This document shows, in pieces, positions 40,560 to 53,598 of a stretch of 64,000 bases of DNA (position 1 is its first letter; each line of letters begins with the position of its first letter). The notes beneath the pieces are model-generated. The model had not been told where the DNA came from, made no database searches, and saw only the letters and a program-made list of their open reading frames with translations. Source of the DNA: Vermamoeba vermiformis (lineage: Eukaryota). Both the position numbers and the translations under genes were made by a program. The stretch is from assembly GCA_045837725.1 (NCBI GenBank), contig JBEWZL010000212.1:62001-126000 (forward strand). Reading direction: 5' to 3'.

Positions 40560-40700
40560 TATGAAATTATTGAAGAACACTTGTATCATAATAGTATGTC
40601 CTATGATAAAGCATCATGAAAAACAAACAGCCGTTTGACCTACTTCCATTCTGATTTCTACTCACAGCGGAATTTCATAATACATGATAGTATAAATTTA

Positions 40701-42528
40701 TTAAATCTTTTCCAGGCCACACCATTCGGCCATGAACACAGCCAAGACTCGTGCCACGCTGTTCATGCTGGCCAGACTAACTGACTCGTCAATGCCGTGA
40801 ATGCTCGAGGCTTCAGGGCCGTAACAAGTGGCTGGTGTGTTGTGATACAATTGGAAGAATCGCGCGTCAGTGGTGCACGTGACTGGTGCGTAGACTGGTT
40901 CCTGATTGGTCACTTTTTTGTGACACTCGCCCAACAGTTTCATCATCTGGTCGTTTTTGTCCATGACGCAGCCTTCAGCGTGAAATCCGTTGTATTCAAC
41001 TGTGTAATAAATCTTTTTCTTCTCCGCTGTTTCTTTCAACGTGGCTTCAACTTGTTTTCTGACTTCTTCGAGTGTCACGCCCGGGAAAAAACCAACCCGG
41101 ACCTATGAAAAGTCGGTGTCCGTGAGAAATTTTATCAAATTTATTTTGGTGCAAGTACGTACGTGCATGACACACTCGGCGGGCACTGAACTGGCCCAGT
41201 CACCTCCGTTCATAACGCCCAAATTGAAGTTGACTGGATGTTTGAAGTTTGAATAGGACTCGTGGATCTTTTCATTCCATGCCTTCTCGAGCTCTTTCAG
41301 GCCTTCATATAACTATAGCATCTTATTAATATACATAGAGTCACTTAATAATATCTTACAGCAAACGCGGACTCAATGGCATTAGTTCCCGCAGAAGTGT
41401 CCAACACGTGCACGGGCTTTCCCTTGACCTTCACTAAGAGACATCAATACATACATTAGTATATTCATTATAAGTATAATATAGGTGCCTGCTATTGTCA
41501 TTTTTTAAAGTATCATTGGAGTAGCTGTATTTACCTCGGAACCACATGACGCCCAACTGAGCAGTAACGATGGTCTGATTGAACGGCTCTGGAATGATCA
41601 CCGCGTCAGCTTTGAACTTGTCAGCAATGTGCAAGCATCCATTGCCCGTGCACTCTTCTTCGACCACTGTTTGCATTTGCACGGGTGCTGCTGGCGCGTA
41701 GCCCAGTTTCACCAACGCCTCTGCGAAATTTCGTTAGAAAACTCGATGTGACGGTGACGCATAGTTTAATTATGGATAAATATGAGTATTATTATAGTAT
41801 TGTGTACGTACTATATGCTTGAACATAGGCCACAACTCCTGCTTTCATATCGCCAGATCCACGGCCGTACAATCTACCATTACGAACGTCAGCTTGGAAT
41901 GGAGGTGTAGTCCAGCTCTCTATTAAAAAATTAATATATATTAATATTAGTTATTATGTATATATTTTACCTTCTGTGCCCAAAGGAACAACATCCACAT
42001 GACCGTTCAAAATTAAAGATTTGCCAGTCGCTTAAAAAAATGTTAATATGATAATATATTATAATATTATAATATAATACCTGTTTTAGGGTGATGAGTA
42101 GCGACAACGTTTACTTTGCCGTTATATTTTTTCGGATCTTCATCGTAATAACCCCAATCAATTACTGGAGAATATCCGCGAGTGTCTTTTATTTCTTTGC
42201 CTATAATACATTATTAATAAACAAATGGCAGCGATAAAAACTGTAATTTAACGGTTTTAAAATGAGATCCAATTTATCGCATGTGAATTCTCCCAAAATA
42301 ATTAGTTTAATTATTTTAAATATACGTACCGATAATAGGAACCATTTCGACCTTTAATTGAGGGTCGTTGATTTTTTTAAACTCTTCAAACATAAATTGT
42401 TGCACATCCGCCTCACGACCTAACCGACTATCAATCGAAACGATGCGTTTAAGCATATCAACAGCATCATTGTCGAGTGAATCAACTGCTGCTAAGATTT
42501 GTTCTGTATTCGGCTTTGTGTCGCTCAT
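40701..42528 (-). CDS. M20 family acetylornithine deacetylase (ArgE-like)
   Basis: LILNGHVDVVP, YGRGSGDMKAG, VEEECTGNG, IPEP, TTDARFF, IHGIDE. Confidence 0.92.
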
Positions 42529-42686
42529 TTTTGTTGAATAGACGCGAATAAATTACAAAATATCTCCAAATTTTAGGCGAGATCCCAACAGCGAAAAACG
42601 AAAAACCTTTCAATTCAAGTAATTCATTATCCTCAAGCATTATAATACCACAAACCAGTAATTCCTTAAAAAGATTTTCGATCTAA

Positions 42687-45343
42687 ATGGAGAAAGATCT
42701 GACGGACAAACCGATCGCTTTAATAAGCTTCAAATGTAAGATAAATATAATGAAAATAATTAGATCATATAGTTTTAATTAATTTAATGCGTTTACAGTC
42801 CAAGCTAAAAGTACAGGCAAGCCTGATCAAAGTACGTTCGCATTTTTTTGCGTATTTCGGAACGGATCTAATTAAAATTAATGTTCAGAATATATCCAAA
42901 ATCCCTATATTATTGGTCAGTATGCTAATGGCACCGTGGTCTTCAAGTCTTCGAAAAAGAAAACGGATGCCCCGTGGAGCGAAACTTTTCACACGTAGGA
43001 TCGGTATAATCAATTATTCAACGTTACTAAAATAATTTATATATTAGAATCGTTCATCAAAGCGAAAGGAGATACGATTTATCGGTGTCTGTTAAAAACA
43101 AAGGAGATCTGTTTAACCCTTTGCTTGGCACAGCGATTTTATCCTTAGAAAAAGTATGAATAGGTCATTTATATTATTATTAACTTATAATATAGATAAT
43201 AACGGTCTCAGACAATGTTACGGACCATAATTTCAGCTTGGACATTCCTATAATGAAAAATAACAAAGCTACGGGTGAATTGCACGTCGAAGGCACCGTT
43301 GAATCGCAAAAAGGTATAAATAATAAGCATATTAAATATTCTAATAATTGGCTAGTCGTTATGCAACGATTTTGGTTTGGATTCGCTCGACATTTTGACA
43401 CGAACAATGACACGTTTATTGATAAAAATGAATTTTTTGCTATGCTCGATACACTTGATATTAATCTATCCGAAGACGAGAAAAATGAAATGGTAAATCT
43501 TTGAGCGGCGAGATTGCCGCCCTAGTCAAATGTGTACTAATTTATTCAGTTTGAAAAAGCAGATCTGAATAAAGATCAGCTACTATCAACAGAAGAATTC
43601 TTCAATTTAGTTACAGAAGGTACGTAGGACAAATTAGGGAAAAAAGTAAAGAAAAAATTTTTGACGTGGATGCAGGACCCGATTTTACGATCAGAAGAAA
43701 AATCTTTGGAAGCGATGAACTGACCAATGACATGAATTCTTTTGTGTGGGACACCGTCTATAATTCATTGGCTGATGACCAAGAGTACAGCATTGGTACA
43801 ACACGTAAGGCCAGGTCTCAAAGTTGACACGTGTCTCACATCTCATTTCTTTTTTGTAGTTTTACACCACTTAGCCATAAATGGTCATCGAGATGTGGTC
43901 GATCAAAACGCACAAGATAATCTTCAAAAGTCTAAAAAATGGATGATCTATGTTCAAGATAGAGAAGTACGCGGATCCAAAATTGACACTTTGACATTTT
44001 GACACCCATTTCACAGACCGGAAAACTCATCTTAGAGAAGATACCTACTTTCATTAAGATATGTAAGTGCCCTCTATTATTGTTAACTGAAGATATTAAT
44101 GGTCTGTTAGCATTACGCATGTTGTACTCGACGAGATCTGGTCGATTTGCTGTCAGCACTGATAACGTCAAAAAGTTACTTAAAAAGATGACCCTCGCAC
44201 AAGCGAACAAATACATTAGTCCCAAATCAGTCAAAGATATTCCAAGTAAGCAGATCTAGTACTTTCAACCTTTATGACTCTAATAGTACCCGCTAGGTTT
44301 CATCAAATTTCACAATTTGAATATGTACGAAGTTCTAGAGCCCGTTACTTCGTTCAAAAACTTCAACGAATTTTTTTACCGCAAACTGAAGCCCGAAGCC
44401 AGACCCATCTATGAGAAGGACAACGCAGTACGTATAAATATCTTAGTGTTATTTGTACTGACCTCTCTTGTGAAGTCCATTGCTGTGTGTCCCGCTGACT
44501 GTCGATTGCACGTGTTTGAAACGATTGACGAGTCAACGAGGTTGTGGATCAAGGGCAAAAACTTCACTCTGCACAACTTGTTAGAGAATGAACAACTGGT
44601 ATAGACCAGCATACTAACTGTTTAATCTTATTAGTATGACTTAATGTGACTTATAGGAAAAAGATTTCGAGTCGTGCAGCGTTGTGATAGCTCGTCTGGC
44701 CCCGCAAGACTACCATCGATTTCACCACCCAATCACAGGCCACACAGGCACATTCATTCATCAAGGCTCTGCGTACTTCACAGTCAATCCCATTGCCGTG
44801 AGTATCCTATTGGTCATTTTGACAAGTGACAATTTTTGACACCTTGACAGGTCCGCGAACAAGTCGATGTCTACACGGAAAACAAACGTATTTCAGTACT
44901 CGTAGAAAGCCCTGAATTTGGCAAAGTAATCATTAGTGGCTAATAATATGTTATTATTGATATTTTTAAACTGACTTACTATTGTTAGATGATGTACATC
45001 TGCGTCGGCGCAACAATGGTCGGATCCATCAACTTGACTACTCAAGAGAACTCAGATGTTAAAAAGTAAGTAGCGTAGTTAGCGATACTAAGCAATATAT
45101 ATAACGCTATAATAGGGGAGATGAGCACGGTTACTTCGCTTTCGGAGGATCCACAATTCTTTTGTTGTAAGTCACTACTAATAGATACTTTAAGTCTCAA
45201 CTTATTATTAATAACGCTATTACCCTTGTATTAGGTTCCAAAAGGGTCGCATTAAGTTCGAAGCAGATCTGCTGCTCAACAGCCACAAGCCATTGGAGAC
45301 CCTGGTCAAAGTTGGTCAAAAACTCGGCGAAGCAAATAAATAA
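42687..45343 (+). CDS. PSD2: Phosphatidylserine decarboxylase type 2 (C2, EF-hand, PSD)
   Basis: FKNFNEFFYRKLKPEARPI, CPADCR, RLAPQDYHRFH, VGATMVGSI, FGGST autocleavage motif. Confidence 0.93.
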
Positions 45344-45431
45344 AATGTCAGAAGATATTTTTTAAATATAATTATCACTTACAAATAAGTACTGGTCAAA
45401 TTTTAGCCTTTGAGGCAATTATTCATTGCAG

Positions 45432-46339
45432 ATGCGCTCGGTAGCACTTGTTTTGTGTATCATTGCTTCTTTGTATATTTGCACAGTATTTTCCGAAGCC
45501 TCTGTCGCCCAAGAAGACGAATGGTATGTACAATATTATCTAACTCACGTTCAATAAACAGATCAAGAAAGTTTATTTTTGAATTAATTTTTAAAAATTA
45601 ATGTTGCTGCATTTAACAATTCATTTTACCAGTTTGGCTCCTAATTTTAAATGGGCTCAACGGAAAAATAAAGTATGGATTAAAATTGAATTACCGAATG
45701 TCCAAGATGAAAAAATACATCTGGATCCGAACGGAGCTCTTCATTTTTACGGCAAGAGCGAATTAAAAGGCAGTCATTGCTATAAACTACACTTAGAGTT
45801 ATATTCCACTATAAATATCGAGGTAAGTAGTGATTTGTCGAATTTAAAGAGATCTGACGCGCAGTTACTTTTTTTTGCTAGCAAAGTACTTGGCAAAAGA
45901 ACGAATGGAACGTGCTATTTACTATCGTAAAAGAAAACCCTAACTGGCCTAGACTATTAAAGACCGATGTCAAGCTTCCCAACATGCAAATTGATTGGAC
46001 AAGGTACCCTGAACGCGAGGAAGAAGACGATCCGATTGAATTGGACGAAGAAGACGAGGAAGAGCGACTATTAATTCAAAAACGTGAAGAGAAACGAAAA
46101 GGTATGCCTATTATTCTTATATTTGACATTTTAACCTTTTGAATTTAGAGGAGAATTCGAAAAAGGTAGAAACGCCGATCCAACCAAAGACTGAGGAAAC
46201 TAAGCCTAAAAAGGAGTCCAACAACCTCTCTTTTATGAAAAAACCGCAACAAAAGTCGGTTTGGAGCGAGTGGCTCGGAACAATTCGGAAGGTAATTAAC
46301 GGATGGAGCAAAAAATTGATTGGTTCGATGGTTTTGTGA
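45432..46339 (+). CDS. p23/CS-domain protein with predicted signal peptide
   Basis: Exon 1 MRSVALVLCIIASLYICTVFSEA; p23 motifs PNFKWAQR and WPRLLK; acidic tail. Confidence 0.75.
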
Positions 46340-46474
46340 AAATAATTTAATAATAATAACATTCGATAAATAAACAATGATGTACAATGAAGGAAACTCT
46401 TATTTACCCTTCAGTGTCGTTTCTTCTTTCGGATCCACTCCAAACTAAGAAACGTTCTTTACATGGGTCTCGTA

Positions 46475-49399
46475 TTATTGCACTGTAAGTACCAATTAGC
46501 AAATATGTATTAACTCGATCTGTACGATATACTTACAGACTAAGGACATTCGTCGCTGTCGACTACTTTCTTTCGATCTGACGCTAACAACTTTGGACGG
46601 GATCGGAGTCACAATAGACTTTCTGCGTGACTTATCACGAGGCGAGGAAATAGTGCTCGTGCCCGTGAGCGCAACAGATGATTTCCGACGAGAACTGCTG
46701 ACGTGTGAAGGGGCTTTGAATTCTTTCACGGGACTCTTTTGCGGGCTGTTGTGCGGACTGTTCTCTTTCTCCACGGCTTCGAACTTGGCCGCCAGATTGG
46801 CACGAGCTCCGAGCTGCTGGCATGAGTCACTTGACACGTCAAATGAAGCTGTTCTCTCCTTCAAAGGACTGGTAATCTGAAGGTAAAGTACGGTTAGACA
46901 CGTGTTTCGAGGGGCCAGTGCGCGAGTAGAAATTATATTAACGATGCAACGAACCTTTGAACCCATAATAGTCGGTGAGCTAGCTATCTTTTTCATGGCT
47001 TTAGGTGAACCACCAAAGTCCATCTGTTGTTCAAGTTGTCGGAACTCTTCCCACGGATCCGACTCTTCTTTGTTGCTGCGACGAAGAGTGACCGATGAGA
47101 AGCTGCTGGCACGTGATCGACCTACATATTTACATTATTATACGGCCTAAATATGACAAATAGATTGTTAACTTACCCTTTTTTATCTCGGTCAACTCAG
47201 TGCGCAAGTAGTCGAGTTGCAAGCTCAACACTGCAAAAGCGCTGTAATTCTTGTTGAGTTTGTCAATGTAGCCAGGCACAGCAGGCATTTGCAATTCAAC
47301 ATTAGCTGGCACGACAAATGAGTTCTGAGAGGCAGGCAACAAATCCTCGCGAGATCGCTTCGACTTTTGAGGAGTAAATTTGTCTTTGAAGAGCTGGAAG
47401 AACGAACCTCTGCGTTCCTTAACCTATCATATTAATTATTATTATATTATTTCGAAAAATAGATAACAAGGCAAGATCTAGTCTAGTCTTGGGAACACGT
47501 ACGTTAACTGGCTTTCTAGGCGTGTAATTCTTCTTTTGGAATTGTTCGCCGTATGAAAACAGCAAGTCAGTCAAGGCCTTCTCGGTGTTCTCGACGACTT
47601 TGGCTCGGTATTCTTCAGCGGGCAGATCCCAAGGCTCTGAAGTCAAACTATGGAGTAATTAATATCAGATAATATTCCACTATATGCCATGCAATAATAC
47701 GTACATAGGAGCATTGATCTCAACGGTCCAACAGTCGGTAGCTTCATCGTAAGACAAAGTACCATCTTTTCGAGCTTAAACAAAGAATTAGATCTGCAGA
47801 GCAAAGTTAAAGAATGGCAGCTTACATTTGGCAAAATTATCGTCCTTGCACAACGCAGTAATGGCCGCGTTGACATCTTCGGCCCATTTGTTTCGAATTT
47901 CAGCGGATTCAGCCTTCAAAGTAATGTTTCCACCAGGGCTGATAATCTGCATGTATTCAGGACCAGCATTAGACTCCTTGATCCAAGTGTGCACGAGATT
48001 GAAATGAGACTCGACGGTAAGCAACTTCTTGCTACCAACGCCGATCGAGGTCGCGATCAGCAACAAATCGTTGAATAAAAAGACGTAGTAACGGCCTTTC
48101 TCTTCTGGCTCTTGATCAAACAACTCATCTATGTGCATTATTTGTTAATAAGGCGGTTATTTTCGAACAAAGACTAAGATCTCGGAGCATTAAGGCTCTT
48201 TAACTTACCTTCTTCGGTGGCCATGAAGTCCTCGTCAGATTCTGCTGATAACAATACACCCTCTTTAATCAACTTGCGATGAGGTTGAATTAAGTGCATG
48301 TCGAGCAGATCTAACGAGTCGTCAAATCGCTCCAAGACTGCAATCACTGAGTACTTGTTTTGTTCTTCGCGCAGAGCCTCGTTGATGGTCTCTGTAGCGC
48401 GCTGAGTCTCCTTGACGGCGGAAAGGAGCGGTTGATAGTCAGGATGGTGCTCCAAAGTGTATTTAACTAATTGTTCCAACAGCATCACGTAACGCGGGAT
48501 CTGATCGCAATGTTAGCTGCTGTAGGCGCTTAGTGTAGCAATAAATACTCACTCTTTGAACGGGCATAATTAAAAGATCCATCAAGCGCATAGTTGTAGC
48601 TTCAACTTTCTGATCGAGTAAATTTTGACCGTTAGATCTAGGATTGAGCTCCTTCAATTTCGTTGGACTTACTCTTAAAAAGCTTCTGAACTTCGTGTTC
48701 TTCTCTTTATATTGCGCGAGATGAGTGATAGCCTTCGTGTAGTTGTAGCAATATTGCGTATACATTTTAAAGAACGGAATCTGGTGACCACGATTGGTAA
48801 ATATTATCTCGTAACGTGCTAAATATTTTATGCATATTAGTACTTACGTAGGTCAAAAAGATATCGGCTAGAAGTGTTTTGGATGTCCAGTTCTTCATCC
48901 GATTTTCCAAGGCCTCCAAAAACTCTTGATTGAAGTTCTTGATACTCTCCACGTGCGAAAATATGACATCAATCTCGGCGTCGCTAAGAATGCGGCTCTC
49001 ACGCAAAGGCAACAAGTAAGACTGTTAAGGAAAAATAAATATTTTTGCTTTCGAAATTGATTTTCGAATCATCCAAAGCTGTCCTACCGAAATAAGAGTG
49101 TTCAAACTATTCACATAACTCTTTTCTGTCGTAAGAATTTCTCTACGTGCTTCGTTTCGCTTTTCCTCTCGCGCACGATCATTTTCCTCTTCGACCTTCT
49201 TGCTGACCTTTCTCTTTTTATGTTCTCTAGCCTCAGTATGTGATCTCTTAAGTGAAGGTGCTCTCTTTCTCTTTTTTGATTCCTCTTTGCTGCTGTCCTC
49301 TTTTTGCTTGGTCGACAGAGCTTCGTACTGATCGACGATCAACGAGATTCGTCTGCTCAATTTTCGCTTAAGTCCCGAAATATTATGCTCGTCCGACAT
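46475..49399 (-). CDS. RhoGEF (DH-PH)
   Basis: EILTTEKSYV, IFSHVESI, YTQYCYNY, LLIMPVQR/IPRYVMLL, HPDY, PH (RYYVFLFNDLLL); basic N-terminus, SP-rich tail. Confidence 0.9.
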
Positions 49400-50082
49400 C
49401 AATACTGGTGTAACGCTTGAAAAAATTATTATACTCTTTGTGCGGAGCCGAAAAACCGTAATCTTTTTTTAAATTTTCTCAACGGCTACTTTTTTGTGCT
49501 GAGCGGGAACTCACAAAGTTTTGTTGTTTCGCTTGTAAGCGTGAGCGCACCACACGTAGTTGCCTTGGCCAATCAATGGATGAAGAACAGGCCACTAATA
49601 TCATAACTATGCAGATCTGTAGTTCGGTGCAAGCTTCACTGCGATGCCAAACCTTCAATCTACTACGCTGAAGGTCGTTTAATAGCAGAGCGCGATAACA
49701 GATGACGATACACACGTGTGCCTATTCGTTGAGGCCACAGAGATGATTCCTTGAGCGAAGGGTAAGTCAGAGCTGATTTGCAATTTAAAAACTAAATTTA
49801 ATTTTGGTCGAAAAGGGCGTAGAATTGGCACATTTTATTTTATGACATGCACGTACAATGTCTGATTTTTTTCTGGCATTTAGGTTGTCTTGTGTCGTTA
49901 CTATTTTTATGCGATAATTTTACCTACATCCGCCAGGGCTCGTTTTGGTTCTCTGAATTTCTGGGCCTTCCTTCGATTTAGTTTGACGTTTATTTTTTAG
50001 TTACCACCACGAATCAGCCCACAGCTGTTTATTATTCTTACACTAGCCGAATAAGACCTCGATTTTCTTAACTCTTTCTCAG

Positions 50083-51594
50083 ATGTCTTTATCAGTTAGC
50101 GAAGGCGAGCGAGTAGCTTGTCATTTATGCAAAAAATTATTTAAAGTCGAGGACATTTGTTACCACGTCGATGTTTGCGAAGAAGATCAACTGAAGGCAA
50201 ATCCAGTTCCAAGTGCACCTCCAGTGGAAACTTCTGCGTGCCCTATTTGCAACAAATTAATCGAGAAGCACAAGATTGAAGAGCACGTTAATCACTGCCT
50301 TGATGCAAAACCAATCGAACCAAATCCCGAAGTTGAATTACCAAAGATTAAAATAGAAGAAGATAATCCGTTCTTAAAGCAACAACAAGAGTACTTGAAT
50401 TACTTTGCCAAATTGAAGATTAATCCCAATTTACCAAACCCGCACCAACCAAATCCAAGACCAGAAGTAGATTTACAGCTCGCACTCGAGATGCAACGCA
50501 AAGAGCAAGAAGAACTCGACAAGATCCGTAAACTTAAAGAGCAGGACGAAGAGCTTGCCAAGAAGATCTGGCAAGAAGAAGAAGAACGAGAAAAGCGTCT
50601 AAAGCAAGAGCAAGAAGATCGAGCCAAGCAACTCGAATGGCAAAAGACCGTCGAGCTCGCTAAGAAAGAAGCCCTCATCGAGAGCGACGCCAAGTTGGCA
50701 CAAATGTTGGCCGAAAAAGAAGAACTCGAGCGCAAACTTGAAGAGCTTGAGCGAGAACGCAGATTCAAGGTCAACAACAAGCTAGTCAGTGTGAGCGTGG
50801 ACGACCTAGACTTGCCTGAGTATTGGGCCGAGCATCCTCACGGCATTGACCACCTCTCGGTGGATGTTACTGAAGAAGATGACGACTACCACCACGTTAC
50901 ATCCGCCTTCTTACGTGACATGCCTAACGCTCGAATTTTGCGCATCGAACGCAATCAAAATGTCAAGTTATGGTAAGTAGTAACACCTATGATATTAAGA
51001 GCATGTCATTAGCACTTTACCTACGTTACAATTCAGCGCGATCTATTTTTAGCTCGTTTCTGATTGGTCCGTTTTTTGTTTAGGACTTGGTACTCGTTGA
51101 AAAAGAAGTTTATGCAAGCAGAAGGCAATGCCAACGAGCAGTTCTTGTTCCACGGCTCTCGCGTCAATGCCTACGACACGATCTTGAAAGAAGGCTTTGA
51201 CCACCGCGTTGCTAACTTGCAAGGTGCTTATGGCGCTGGCTGCTACTTTGGTTCGAATGCCAAGACCTCTAATGGCTTCGTCTCGCCGGCCCACATGGGT
51301 TTCAACCACCACTTCGCCCACCACGTCGCTGTGCCGAACTACAAGCGTTACCGCAGACACGTGAACCAATGGGGCCACAACTTCTACGCTGACGAGCACA
51401 AATTGGCACACAAGATGCTGTACTGCCGTGTCTTGTTGGGCAAGGTTGGTCCTGGCTCGCAAGGCTTGCGTCGTCCTCCTGAGATCCCGGGACAAAATGG
51501 CAAGCGATACGACAGTGTGGGCAATCAAAACATGTCTGTCATCTTTGACAATGCGCAGGCCTATCCCGAGTACGTCATTCACTATGAGAACTAA
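50083..51594 (+). CDS. PARP-family ADP-ribosyltransferase with two UBZ fingers and MIU-like helices
   Basis: CHLC..HVDVC and CPIC..HVNHC; DLQLALEMQ, DEELAKKIW, DAKLAQML; catalytic LFHGS, YGAGCYF, CRVLLG, YDSV, QAYPEYVIHY; intron 50973-~51083. Confidence 0.88.
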
Positions 51595-51697
51595 CGAGTC
51601 CGTAGTGCGTGGTATGTAAATAAAGAAAAACTTTTTAACCAATTTTGGAAGTGTAAGTTCTGATTTAATAGTTAAAAGATTTTGTTTATTCGTCCCG

Positions 51698-53456
51698 ATG
51701 AACACACGTAAATTCGAAATAGTAGTGGTAAGCGCATATAAATATATTAAGCTGACGTGCAACTCTAATCTTTTCGCTATTAAAAGATTTTGTTTGTGTC
51801 CGGGCTTAGCGGCGTTCTGCCGATACTGGTAATATCCGACTTATTAGGCAATGTAACTTTAGATACGCCTAATTTCGCGCAAAACAATTCATTCTCAATC
51901 TATGCCCCGATTAAATTGGTGGATATAGTCGAGTGTCAGGTGACACGGAACACATCCGATTTGCGCGGAGCCATCTGGGTGTTTTTGGGGTATGATGCAG
52001 GGGGATGTCGCAGCACCGACTGGAGTAGTTATGGGGCAGTGGTAAGCTGATTATTATAAAATTGAAAATAAGATTTATGTCTTTATTGTTCTAATTCGGA
52101 ATTAGGGAGTAATATTCCCTAGCCCAGATAGGCCAGTAGGATACAATTACATTTATATACAGAATTATTTCGTTTATTTTCCGAGGGCCCAGATCAGCTT
52201 CAGAGTAAGGCTACCTTAATCATTGAATATGTAATCTTATGATGCCTTAGGATATCGCCAAATTACAGGAGTTACTTAGTGCTGACCCTAATTTGAAAGG
52301 ATTATTTGCTAGCGGAGGTACTTACGCAGTTATTCTAGCTCCATATTTCCTAATATTATTTGTGGCAGATCCAAACGAATGGAAAGAGATGAATCAGTCG
52401 ATTTTAGCTCTTACTTTATACGCAATTACAATAGCGTGCTCATTAGCAGCATCTATTTTATCGTTATTGAAATTGGGAAGAATAATTTCTGTCAACGGTA
52501 GGTGTTATTAATATCAAACATTGCAGTAATCTAGATTTAATTAATTCGTATGCTGCAGGGCTGCAGAGATCTATTGCACAAGTCAGTCTGATATTAATAT
52601 CGATTGGTTCGTTGGATTTGGCAGCAGTTTTCATTTACCTGATAGTGCGCAATCTTCTGAATCTGGTTGGCTACCTCGAAGTTCTTGTTTTGTTTTTAGT
52701 ATTTGCTGATGCCTGTCAAACACTCGCATGTCTCGCTATATGCGTGTTCTGGTAGGTTCTGGATTACGTTAGTATAGTTATCAAATGCTCATTGTTCAGG
52801 TACGACATTATGACGGATGTGCGAGGAGTGCCAAAGAAAAAGATTTCAAAACGAATTGCCGTGCCATTAATCGTAGCTGCCGTTATCATCGTAATCTTAT
52901 TGCTGCTACTGCCGTTCAATATTCTCGTCCCGAGCGCTCGGATTATTAAAGTGTTGGTGCCTGTTGTCTACTTCGTCGTTGCACTTGTACGAACAACGTC
53001 TAAAATAATTAACAAACTAACTTGCCTTGTATTTAGGCGATAACTATCAGTTGGCTGATTTTGGGGTCGAAATTGTTGAAGACATTGAAGAACAACGCAG
53101 CGGTGTCTGACAATAAGCGAAAAATGATTAAGAAAGTAAGATTCCAAGAAAAATTTAGGTCATTTGAGACTTTGGGTTGTTAAACACTAACGATTGCGTA
53201 CTCGTAGTTATCGGACAAGATTTTCATCACCACTGCGTTATTCTTCTCAACACGTATCATCGAGGTGGCCTGGACTGTTTGTGAATTAATCTACATACCT
53301 CTATCAGCCGTCATTACACTTAGCTTGGCGGGTATATTCAACGTTGCAACTAATGCGATGCTGTCGCAAGTGTTCGGTGTGCCCAAAAATAGCGACAAAG
53401 AGGCTACTGACGGTGTCAATTTAACGGAGCAAAAGAAGCCTCTGAGCGAAAGCTAA
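51698..53456 (+). CDS. PA-like ectodomain + multi-pass (about 7TM) membrane protein
   Basis: Short ectodomain (GAIWVF), PNEW before TM1, several hydrophobic exons, CVFW/YD; same layout as 29048-31282. Confidence 0.55.
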
Positions 53457-53598
53457 CTGTATAATAACATAATTTTATAGTACCTTATTGGTATATGGTC
53501 ATCTGGTACTAAGTAAAATAAATTAGAATTTAAATTAGCATTTGGATCGGGATCGGTTTTCAACTTACCAATAATAATGACTATATTACAGTATGACA

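Noticed and set aside
49577-49761. Short upstream ORF and hairpin ahead of the PARP gene
   Set aside because: Consistent with a shared promoter and 5'UTR exon (donor ~49762, acceptor 50082); no further support.
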